Assembly: GCA_964247055.1 (NCBI GenBank)
Contig: OZ176053.1
Span: 1,922,001-1,986,000 of the forward strand
Direction: 5' to 3'
DNA: 64,000 bases
From: Paragordius varius
Taxonomy: Eukaryota; Animalia; Nematomorpha
Under the pieces are notes generated by a model, which saw nothing but the letters and a program-made list of their open reading frames with translations, was not told the origin of the DNA and searched no databases. Both the position numbers and the translations under genes were made by a program. Below, piece by piece: positions 51,060-62,159 of the stretch. Each line of letters begins with the position of its first letter. Positions within the stretch are counted from its first letter, which is position 1.

Positions 51060-51653
51060 ATGTTTTTAGAGCGAGTGTGGAAATTTCATTATGTATGCAT
51101 CGGGTATTTTACAGCATATATTTATTTACATATGATTAAAATTTATTAACCTTCTTACATTTTTGTCCATTAAGGCTTTAAGAAACTTTTTATATTGTCT
51201 TACATAATACTTGATTTCTAATTTTTACCTAACAAACATAGGATAATATGAAATTTAGAGTCTCATTTCCTTTTAATAAAGAGTAAAAAGAATATCAATT
51301 CTTAAAAGATTAAACAATTTATAGGTTGAGTCTAACGAGGTAAAAGATTTTACATTTATGCGGCTAACTATGTCACCTCTTCATTGTATTGACTAGGTAA
51401 CCTTGAAAACAACAAAGGGTTTGGATATTTTGCAAAAACAATTTTATTTCATTAACATAAATTATTATTCGGCATCCATTATTATTAATTAACCCGTTTT
51501 TCGAAAAATGCCCATAAAGATATTTAGCTTATAACTTATTGGTAGAAGCCTTTTTTCTCGAATCTTTGAAACACGGTTTGGTATATTTACCAATTAAAGG
51601 TTTATAAAATATTATTAAATATACTAATAAAATCATAATTTTATTGCATATAG

Positions 51654-52724
51654 AGGCCAAATCAAAGCCGAAGTATGGGATATTCCTTGGCCAGAGCTGA
51701 AACTTAACATTGAAAAGTTAAAGTTGGATGACAAAATTTTGGGTCAAGGCCATTTTGGGATGGTTAAGAAGGGCAGCTACAAATGGGACAATAAAGAAGA
51801 GTTGATGGCAGTCAAAATGTTAAAAGCCGCAGGAGGTTATATATAGATATATATCTATATATATATATATATATATATATTTATAAAAATGGAAAATGCT
51901 GGCTTTGTGATCTGGTACAGGAAAACCGGTAAACCCATTCAAATCCAAACTTCGAAAAAATATAATCATTAATGAATGCCCCGACAATAGCGTCGCCCTT
52001 TTTTTCAAATAGGCCCCCGGTTCGGTCCCACCCCGTGTGAAAAACGGGTTTTTTTGAAAACAAAAGTCCACAAAAATCGTGTCTCTGAGACAATTTTCCG
52101 GAGAACGTGTTGGACCATTCAATTTCAAATATGATTTTTGTTTACTTATTTTCGATTGCGCCGAACATGGTCGAGTCACTTTTTTGATTTAGGCCCTCTT
52201 TTTACCCGCTACCCCCGTAAAATGCCATTTTTTTCAAAAAACAAAGTCCACAAAAATGATTTTTTAAATCGATTTTTCGCCCTAGGTATGAGATCGTAAA
52301 AATTCAATATGGATTCCACGTATTCCCTGTTAAAAGGCAAAAATTTTAGCCAGGCGTTTCTTTGATGATAGCTGCTGGGTAAGGAGCTACCCGCTAAAAA
52401 CTGATTTTTCATTTAACTTTGTCATCTGTTTCCGGAAAACCGGTGAATAAGGATTTTTCGTATTACCCGTTACTTTAATGATAGCTGCTGAGTAAGGAGT
52501 TTCTATCATACGTATAAATATTTATTTAAATCTATTTTTCCCTCAAGTAAATAATCAATGTATGAATGCACCGTATTATAATTCCTATGAGATCATAGCT
52601 ATTAAAAAATGTTTCGAAATAATCCACATATGTGGATCATTTTATTGTCCCTTTTTTCAAATAACCCCCCCCAGTAGTCCGAAGTACTTCCTCGGGCTGC
52701 GTAGCAGCACGAGATTTACGCTAG

Positions 52725-52755
<31 letters not shown>

Positions 52756-55576
52756 TAATCTAACAAAAAATTTTGCGCAATGTTTTGTACCATGTAATAT
52801 ATAAATGTATATCTTAGCTGGGTCTAATCCACTTGAAGAACAAAAAATGTTTATTGACAGTGTACGTGAACTGAATATTATGTCCAAAATTGGTGTTCAT
52901 AACAACATTGTCAACACGATTGGAGCATTAATTAATAAAGGTAGGTAAGGCATTTCTTTGATATATATATATTCCACTTATATATCAATTTCAACCTTAA
53001 ATTCAAATTCACCCTTGAACAATTTAAATTTACCCTAAAAAGAAATTATGTATTTTCGGACTAATATAACTTATCTTTAATATGAACCATTTTTTTATGG
53101 TACATTCTATTATTTTTTTCAGTATTATCTTAATATTAAAGGAAATTTTATTTTCCAAAAATATAAAAAATTATATGAAGTTTTTATTCGAAAACACATG
53201 ATTTATTTTAGGATTTAGTATTCATGGATCTGTTCAAGGGGTGAATTTGGGCTGTAAATGATATTTCAGGAATTTCAACGATTGATAACACAAAATATAT
53301 TTTCATATATATTTAAATATATACAAATTAGGTATGCTTTATATTTGCACCGAATTTTGTCCAAACGGTGATCTCAAGGGTTTCCTGAACAAAGCCAAAA
53401 ATTTTGATGGAGAATGTTCCGTTATTGATATGATTGGATTTGCGTGGGGTATTGCGCTTGGTATGGCTCATTTAGCTGATCATGGCGTAAGCAATATTAG
53501 AGATAGCTTTTACTTATTTTCATAAATATTAGGCGTCTCATTTAATAAAATTAATGATTATATAACACCTTTCTTTAGATTATTCACCGAGATTTGGCCG
53601 CTCGTAACATATTGTTGGCAGAAGGTAATTTACCGAAAGTTTGTGATTTTGGACTAGCTAAAGACGAGGGGATATACCAAAGGAAAGTCATGGTAAATAT
53701 TTGTTGGGATTTGTAGTGTTCAGTATATAAATGTATTTGATAAAAAAATGACTTTACAGTTATCTAAAAAATTGCATTTAGCTAATTTAATTTTTTTATA
53801 TATTTTTCTTTAGACTGGCCGTGAGGATTACCCAAATACTCCACAATTTAATAACATCCTTGTCAGCTCTGGGCAGGCGAGTGTTGAAGCTTTGACAAGT
53901 CCTAATATAATTTAAGTCCTTTCCCTTTAGTAAAAAAAGGAACAAAATAGCTCTCAACTGTAATAAAAATATATTTATTGACCTACAATTTTGTGTGAAA
54001 GCCGCATATTTTAAAAATATTATTTTTTATCATTACTATTATATGGCTTAATTTACCACAATATTACTTAATTACACATAATTCTGCTGCATGTTTACCT
54101 TTTGTCTATAATTTTATTGATAAAAATTTGTATTTACGCATAAAAGGTATAGTTAATCATTTACGGTAAAAATTGAATTTTACGGACAAAACGTAATGAT
54201 ATAAAGACAAATATTTTTTTCTAAACGACAACCATACTTTTATTATAATCTATTTAATACCTCATGTTTTAAACTGTAAAGTATAAAATAGAGATGTATA
54301 TTGGTAACACAATCAGTATGTGTTTTGCAATTGTAAAAAGGATAAATTAAGGCGTAAAAAAATATTGTTGTCTTTTGAAAAAAAAGGTGTCTTTAAATTT
54401 TTACGTTTTATCCGTATAAAATCTAATTTTTACTGTATCTACATGATTGGTAAAAAAGGTACTCCGTAACCTACCTATCAAATGGTTAGCCCTAGAGTGT
54501 TTAACTCACGTGTGCTTTAGCCAAAAATCTGATGTTTGGGCTTTTGGAGTCACTTTGTGGGAAATTGTAACGCTCGGAGATGGTCCTTATCCCGGTTGGA
54601 ATAATATGGAAGCCAAGGCTAAAATACAAGAGGGCTATCGAATGCCCAAACCTGCTAAATGTTTGGATGAACTGTAATCATTACTTATAAATAAAACTGA
54701 AATGAATAGGACACAGATTTTACCTTTTTTCGGTTTTAACGAATCTTCCCCAAATCAATTTTAGATTTGTCTATTGAAAGTTAATTCAGCCAATTGGTTA
54801 ATTTTTGTTTGATTTATAAATGAACATATGGACCATTCACGCATAAATTTGGTTTTTGTACGTGATCATACAATCATGTATATGTCATTAGCAGTAAGGT
54901 AAGAGCTTTAGCACATTTGTCTGTACACTTATTTTTACATCTCTATCTCTCTGCCTAAACTGGTTCAAATGGACTACAATAAAAAACGAATTATTGATTG
55001 ATAGAAATTTTAGAGGGAAATACAGCGTATATACATGTAAAAATTCCACGTATGATTCAGTAATTTTTATTTTACGCTCAATTTCGCTCCCTCTCATGTG
55101 AAAACTGGTATATTAATCCATTTTTTTAGCTTCCTAAAAATATTATATCATTTTCGTTTAAGTCATGGGCGCGAGTAGATACTAGCTCTTAAGGAGCAAT
55201 AAATTGCCGTAAATTGAAAAGTTTTTTTACATTTAGCAAATTAACACGGCTTAAACAACGATAGCGAAATAAATTTATGCTAAACGCTTCACTTTTACTT
55301 AAATATATTCTTATGAATCAAAAATCTGCATCTTGATAATCGGGATATTCCGTTTATGTCTTCTACTGTTTATTTTTTCATTTTTGATAAGCTTACATGC
55401 TATTACATTGGTTGTAATTTATTTTAAATTATTTGGTTTGTCATAATTTAAGATATGATATGATGGTGGATTGTTGGAAAGCAAGCCCGGATGAACGTCC
55501 GACTTTTGATGAATTAGCGATAAGATTGGAGGAGTTGTATAAAAAGGAACTAGAGGTTGATATTACCAAATTATAA
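51654..55576 (+). CDS. Receptor-type (Tie/FGFR/Ret-like) tyrosine kinase catalytic domain; exons 51654-51835, 52818-52940, 53332-53486, 53579-53692, (53814-53876), 54459-54673, 55453-55576; 5' end unresolved
   Basis: [66 protein letters not shown] and CW...P.ERPTF are all present and in phase. Confidence 0.92.
51854..52724 (+). mobile_element. Non-autonomous Helitron, same family, inside the first kinase intron
   Basis: Same TC 5' end, same internal unit and the same GCTGCGTAGCAGC...CTAG|T 3' end as 10296-11375. Confidence 0.88.
52973..53261. mobile_element. MITE-A, decayed
   Basis: TTCAAATTCACCCTTGAACAATT core and internal sequence match the other copies; ends eroded. Confidence 0.7.
54164..54435. 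mobile_element. Tc1/mariner-type MITE-B (TA|C(A/G)GTAAAAA...TTTTTACTG|TA); other copies 24218-24462, 30949-about 31226, about 31771-32036
   Basis: Long TIR containing TACGGACAAAACGTAA..ATAAAGACAAATATTTT; TA flanks; four copies recognised by eye. Confidence 0.78.
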
Positions 55577-56245
55577 TATTTTACAATATAAGCCCTTTAT
55601 TTATAAAAATATTTTACCATGTTTATTGATATACGTAGATAACTAAAACGTCGAAAAAGCCTGTTAAGATAACTGTTAAAGTCCCCTTAAATCAGACTGA
55701 TAATACCAAGATGAGTTTTTGGCGTAAATCAACGTTTGGCATGAAAGCAAAATGATATAGAATTTATATAACTGCCCACCATATATATATATATATATAT
55801 ATATTATATTATATTTAGTTACCCAACATTTATATATAATTGTACAATAAAGTCTTGACACAGGGTTTCATATTAACATTTATGAATACAACTACAAATA
55901 GATTTTGTAATGTGAAAAATGGAAAATTATTTTTTGAATAACAAATTAAAGTTAGGAGCAAAAAATATGGATTTAAAAAATGGCTTAGTTGTCTTTTTAT
56001 AATTCCATGTTGCAGGTAAAATGAATCTTTTTGTTCCATATAAAATTTATCCTAAAAACCCTATTATAATGCAATTTAGCCAAATTTTTAGTTTAATTTA
56101 TATGAAAATGCGCTAAGACAAATTTGCAGTTTTCTCGTACTCTAGGTCTAAAAATGCCAAATGAGTTAACCGAGTCAACCTTATTGTTCAGATTTAATTC
56201 AAAAAAATTTGCATTGATATGGGGAGTAAAAGTCTGCTTTGTAAT

Positions 56246-56723
56246 CACATTTGGATACAACACATTCATTTCAGTCCTTCGATTCAAATTTGGGTTGTTG
56301 GATACCCCAGACCTGTTTAAAATTAAATACATCGCACTTAAATAACATTGATAAACCGAAATATAAAAAAATTCGTACAAAGTACTTGATCTTACTTTTA
56401 AGATAAAACCCAATGTGTTTAGTCATTATGACATAAACCACTTTTTCGTAATGATAGATGTGATCAAAAAATAAAGCTTTAATTTTAGCTCAACATTAAA
56501 TAAACCCGATATTTTGCAGAAAGGCTGAAAATAAAAATAGCGGCAAAGTATTTTGATATGGAACTTTTTTCAAAAAAAATTTATTTAGATATTTTGGCTT
56601 ATTTATAAGATTTTTAAATGAAAGAACAAAAATTTGAATTTAGACCGTTTTTTCCGGTTGTTATTAAAAAATATAAACTTAAATATAGTCTGTGATATAT
56701 AGATACCCCAATTAATCGACGTG
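56246..56723 (+). mobile_element. Diverged third copy of the piggyBac-like MITE
   Basis: TTGGATACAACACATTCATTTCAGTCCTTCGATTCAAATT at the left end, GATACCCCAATT..AATCGACGTG at the right end. Confidence 0.72.
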
Positions 56724-56967
56724 TTAGGATAAATAATTTATAGTTAAAAAACAGCTTTTAGCTCAATTTTGGAAAGATCTAAGCTAATTATAAAGAATGT
56801 TTATTGAGTATATTATTTATCAATAAAATATATCAGGATTCTCATTTGTTTAAGTCGTTAAGAGACCACTTTTATGGCAACTGCTAGATATTGTAAAATA
56901 GGAAAAATTGCACACTGTAAAATATATTTATTGATTTAAACGCTTTATTCCTAAATATCATTTAACA

Positions 56968-58057
56968 TGGATATAACACTTTCATTTCAGTCCTCTGTCA
57001 AATTGGGTTGGGGCCCTTAAGCCTGTTTAAAATCAAATATAAAAATATAGAAATCTCGCAAAAGTTTGCACTTATATAATATTGATGCACTAAATATAAA
57101 AAAAGAATTACTTAAAAAGATATTACTTATTTAATAGCTAAACCTCAAGGTAAAAATTTCACATTGTTTGCATTTGCTAATTAAAAAAATATTGCAAAAT
57201 AAACAACTCATCTGTTTATGTCAATGTTCGTGAATAAAATAAAAAATTAGGTTTAATTTTAGCATAAGAATCAAATAAGGACATTTGTAAATTAGTAAAC
57301 TAAAAATGGTGTCGTAGTAGTTTAACACTTCGATTCAAATTGGGGTATCTAAACCAGACTAAATTTAAATTAATATTTTTAAAAAACTACTGAAAGAAAC
57401 GGTCCCAATTTAAATTTATGCTTCTATCCTGATAAATATTATATAAATATGCCAAAATATCTTGATAAAATTTTGTTAAAAAAAAGCTCCATCTCAAACT
57501 ACTTTGACGCCATTTTTATTTTACAAAATTTTTGCAAAATATCGTCTTCATTTAATTTTAAGGGTAAAACAAAAGCTATTATATAAATTACATCTAACAT
57601 TGATAGAAATAGAAAAAGCGGTTTAGTTTGTATAATTTTTCAATTTTACAATTTGACACATGTCACGTTGACGAAGTTTTTACCTTTCGGTTTTAGCTTA
57701 AAATAAGTAATATCAAGTATTTTTGATTAAAATTTTTTATATATTTCGGTTTATTAATGTTAGATAAGTGCAAAATTTTGCCATGGTTCCGATTCCTTCT
57801 ATATTTTTAAGGAATTTAATTTTAAACAGGCCTGGGGTATCCAACTACCCCAATATGAATCGAAGGACTAAAATGAGTGTGTTGTATCCAAGTGTTAATA
57901 TGAAACCTTTTTTGCTAGATTTTATTCCAATATTTTGGCTTATTCGTATAATTTTTTTAGGATATAAAAATATATGAATCCGTTTCTTCTAGTAGTTTTT
58001 AAAAATATCCACTTAATTATAGTCTTTGGTATTTAAAATCTCAATTTAAATGAAGTT
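56968..58057 (+). mobile_element. Older copy of the same piggyBac-like MITE, split by the 57326-57894 insertion
   Basis: 56968-57325 matches the left part up to AAAATGG.G.CG.AGTAGTTT; 57899-58057 resumes with the remainder of the consensus. Confidence 0.7.
57326..57894 (-). mobile_element. piggyBac-like MITE, inverted copy of 40963-41540
   Basis: Reverse-complement match along the whole length; TTAA at 57322-57325 and 57895-57898. Confidence 0.82.
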
Positions 58058-59597
58058 TAAAAAGTGAAGAGAAACAATGGAGGCTAGAAAGTATGTGGAT
58101 TCTTCGGTAATTTTACATTTTTACAAAAATATTTGAATCATGCGCCTAAGCTATTAAAATGTATTTATAAATTTGGTCCATGCTTAAAAATTTTTGAAGT
58201 TACAATGACCCTGGCCGAGATGTGTTAATAAACTGTGAGAGCAAAACGTTTGATTCCATAAAATAATTTAAATACATCTGTTCAAAGAAAAATAATATTT
58301 TTTAGAAATTTTACTTTTTAGATATGGGATCAGAAAAAAACCATTTTTTAAATAAAGCGTAAATGCCGATAGCACAATATTAAAATATATGCTAAATTTT
58401 CACATCAAAAGAAGTTTTTCCTAAAAAATTATTTTTTGCTCAAAAATTTGATTTATTGCAAAATTTTGTTGAAGCATAATTACAAACACAGTGCACAAAC
58501 AATAACATGGTGAATATGTATATTTTGATAGGAAAATGTATCAGGATTATCATGGTGCTTTTAATTACGGCTCTTAGGAGTGATAGAAAGTTATTTACAT
58601 TTTTGTGGTGAGAGTTTTATAGAAATTGTTAAATTTGCGCACATTTTTTAAAATAAAAGTTTTTGCGAGGGGTTTCATTCAAAAAATTGTCGTTAAAAAT
58701 ATAATAAACTACATATTCAAAGTAAAACATATTGGGTGGGGTAATAAAAAATTTTTTTTAACTTGAGTTGCAAGTTTTTCAAGTCATGACTTGCTTTCAT
58801 GTGATAAAAAAATTTAACATTACACGACTTAAGTCAAGCTAGAAAACTTGATTCGGAGGTGATAAAAAATGATATGATCAAGTAAAACTTAAAGATTTTG
58901 CAAGTGTGGTGTAGGACACACTTGACAGATTTAAAAATATGGATAAAATTATTTTGGAAACTATTTATGTATAAAATTTAGGTTTTATATGTAATTCAAA
59001 CCTTTGTTAATGCCATAAATTGTTAATTTGATAAATGTTATCTAATTAACCTATTCATTGAGTGGATTCAAAATGGGATAAATTTATAGCAATAGTGTTT
59101 TTATAATGTCTTAAAGGGTTTTTAAACCGTTTTCATCATGACTTAAAATAATATGAAGTAAGATTGAACAATTTAATTATTTTTCATAAATATCCATAAT
59201 TTTTAGTTGATATCAACATTTACCATATATTGAAAAATTTTATTTACCAATCTCAGTATTTTTAGATTTATATGAGCGATCTACTTTGAAGTTTTTTAAC
59301 CCACATTTTTTAATTATAATTACAGAACTATTGTTTTCTTTTTTATATCTAGTTTGTTTTATTTAAAAAAATAGCTTTCACTAAAAAAAATTAAAAGCGC
59401 AAATTTTACCATTTTGCCTTGGCTCAGTTACTAAACAAGCGATATTACTTTTCTTACTATCGTAACAAAACCAAAATACCATGATAATCCTCATATTCCT
59501 CTAAGATTTATTATATTATATAATTACCCCTGATTTTGGACGCATAAATATGCAATATTTTTTTAATCACATGGTTTAATCTATCAATTGTAAGCAA

Positions 59598-61340
59598 ATG
59601 CTAAATGCATTACCCTATGATATCTATCTCAAAATTTTTGGCTATTTAAATGGTAAATCTGTCATTAATCTAAGCTCAACATGCAATTTTATACGCCAAA
59701 ATTTATATGATATAACCGTCACTCATCCCAAGTTTTGGTATAACCTGTGTCTTTCGGAAATCGATGATCAATACCTTATAGAATTTAAACAAGGAAAACA
59801 ATCATCTTACAAGGAAGATAATGATTATTGGGAAAAAGTATACCGTTTATATCTTTGCCAAGAAAATTTTAAGTTGCTGAAACTTAATTCCGAGGTATAT
59901 GTGAAATCAGAAATTAAGGAATCTGAAAATGTAATAGTCGATGCTATCACTAAATGTTTGATTCGAGATAAATATATTATAACCGGTCACAAATCAGGAT
60001 GCATTTGTCAATGGAACGTTGATGGAAACAAAAATATTACGATCCTTATAAAACACACAAGCGGGGAGATTCGGGATTTAATATTTTTAAACCCTGTCAT
60101 GGAAAATAATGGCCATACATATCCTCCTATCATTGTTTCAATTGCCCAAGATAATATAATAAAATTTTGTTCAACCGTCTTTTCACCCGATACTTGTGCT
60201 GATAATTTTTTATCTTTAACTATGAAGCATCCACCAGGGATACATGAATTATCTTTGCTATCGTCTAGGAGTGAAACTCACCTCCCTTTACCATTCATGA
60301 CTAATTTGTGCCCTGTAGGTCATTTGAATGTACCTTATTTTGCTGTTGGATTCCGGAGTGGATTCTTGAGTTTATGGGAATTTCGTTATCCGCCTCTAAT
60401 AATAGATGACGACAATATTGATAGGAATGTTGACGATGAGGGCAGAAGTAAAAAATTTGCCACAAATACCCCTAAAGCCTTTATGCGAAGCGTTTTACGG
60501 GCTCATGATTCAGAAATTTTGCATATGGCTTATTGGGATGGATTTTTAGCCACGGCATCCATTAGGCTGGAATTAAAAATTTGGAAAATTTCTCTTTCGT
60601 CTCCGTTTGATATGACTACTAACAGTTCTCCAACACCGTCAGGGGGATCAATTAAACCGAGATTTAGGTGTTATCATACACTCACGTTTGGTTTTCACTC
60701 CTATCAACAATCCTTACCGTTTGGTGGTTCTTTCTATCTTGCCCCGTGGAATTTTGCCTTTAAATATAACCATATTATAGCAGCCAATCTTAAATTGATT
60801 GCTGTAGTTGGTATAAATGATAACGATGATGGGAAAAATGTCACCAAAAATGAAATTGTCCAATCTAACAATATAACATCTGTGACAAGTAGCTCGACGA
60901 CAGGGGGTCAAACACCAGCCATAGAAACGGAGATATGTTATCGCCAATTTCGAACGGCCTCTAAACTTCCCATGGGCCTAGAAAATGAATCCATTCAAAC
61001 CCTACTGTGCAAGGGATCTCTCCTATGCTTAGCAACTGGAAATTCCTGGATTTTGGTTTATCATATTGGCCATACCCATAGGGGGGCTGCCACTACTGCA
61101 TCACTTAAAGAATTGCTTTTTATGCAAGATGGTCCAGTTTTTATGAGGCATCTTGATATGCACAGTGATGCATGTGAATTTCGTAAAAATGATATACCCT
61201 CCTCTTTGTTAACCAAATACAGGGCTACTCAAATTACGGGTTTGGATCTTTCGTTTGAAACGACACGTATCATATTAACGGTCACGACGGAATTGGGTGT
61301 GGTTGTATACAAATTTGAGAAGCGATTTTGCGCTTTTTAA
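59598..61340 (+). CDS. F-box and WD40-repeat protein, intronless, 580 aa
   Basis: N-terminal F-box LPYDIYLKIFGYLNGKSVINLSSTCN; WD-like segments YIITGHKSGCICQWN, FAVGFRSGFLSLWE, RAHDSEILHMAYWDGFLATASIRLELKIWK. Confidence 0.85.
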   Translation: MLNALPYDIYLKIFGYLNGKSVINLSSTCNFIRQNLYDITVTHPKFWYNLCLSEIDDQYLIEFKQGKQSSYKEDNDYWEKVYRLYLCQENFKLLKLNSEVYVKSEIKESENVIVDAITKCLIRDKYIITGHKSGCICQWNVDGNKNITILIKHTSGEIRDLIFLNPVMENNGHTYPPIIVSIAQDNIIKFCSTVFSPDTCADNFLSLTMKHPPGIHELSLLSSRSETHLPLPFMTNLCPVGHLNVPYFAVGFRSGFLSLWEFRYPPLIIDDDNIDRNVDDEGRSKKFATNTPKAFMRSVLRAHDSEILHMAYWDGFLATASIRLELKIWKISLSSPFDMTTNSSPTPSGGSIKPRFRCYHTLTFGFHSYQQSLPFGGSFYLAPWNFAFKYNHIIAANLKLIAVVGINDNDDGKNVTKNEIVQSNNITSVTSSSTTGGQTPAIETEICYRQFRTASKLPMGLENESIQTLLCKGSLLCLATGNSWILVYHIGHTHRGAATTASLKELLFMQDGPVFMRHLDMHSDACEFRKNDIPSSLLTKYRATQITGLDLSFETTRIILTVTTELGVVVYKFEKRFCAF

Positions 61341-61811
61341 AGCGTTTTTTTCGCCTCAGATTTATTAGTCATGGAAAAACTAACCATTGTTTAAATGTTA
61401 TAAAAATAGGGAAGAGTGTATGTTAAAAAATTGTAGAGCCCTTTTTTCAACAAAATTCCAACCTGCAACTTTTCTCTATTCACGAATGATACCCATGTGA
61501 TTTAACTAATTATCATTTATCGGACAAATATTTTATACTTTTGCCTCTTCTGATTTTACTTAAAAATACCATTCGCGAATGATAAAACATGAAATAACTC
61601 TATTCAATTATAGTAATAAAAGTAAATTTATTTTGAATATCAAGAATTTGGTTCGGTGTTACTAATTATAAGTTTAATACATTTTTCTCTAAACGCTTGA
61701 TATCCTTGGCAACAAAAATTTTGGAAATTATCCAAGCACCTTAGGAATATCCCACGCATATCTTTGCTAAACCGTGATTGTCTGTGATAATGCATTATAT
61801 GTATATATATA

Positions 61812-62094
61812 CCATTTACAATTCAAATTCACCCTGGAACAATTCAAATTCACCCTCAAATAAATTACATGTTTTTTAAGATAAAAAATTACCCATATTT
61901 TTTATCTTTTTAAAAAAAATAAAGTTCTGTATTAAATTAAAATAATACTGAAATAATAAATTATACCATAAAGATATATTTCATAGTAATAATGAGTTAT
62001 ATTAGTTCGAAAACACATAATTTATTTTTAGGGTGATCTTGATTTGTTCTGGCGTGAATCCATTTTGTTCGAGGGTGAATTCGAACTGTAATGG
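61812..62094. mobile_element. MITE-A
   Basis: TATA|CCATTTACA ... ACTGTAATGG|TATA. Confidence 0.82.
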
Positions 62095-62159
62095 TATATT
62101 TGAAATAAGAAGTCAATTAAATATATTAATCAAAGAATAAATATTTACAAATATATTAT

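Noticed and set aside
51050-51069. Possible 20-nt intron at the end of the Kelch gene
   Set aside because: Lacks TNA at -9/-10 and the resulting tail has no homology support; the stop at 51059 or splicing to 51654 are simpler.
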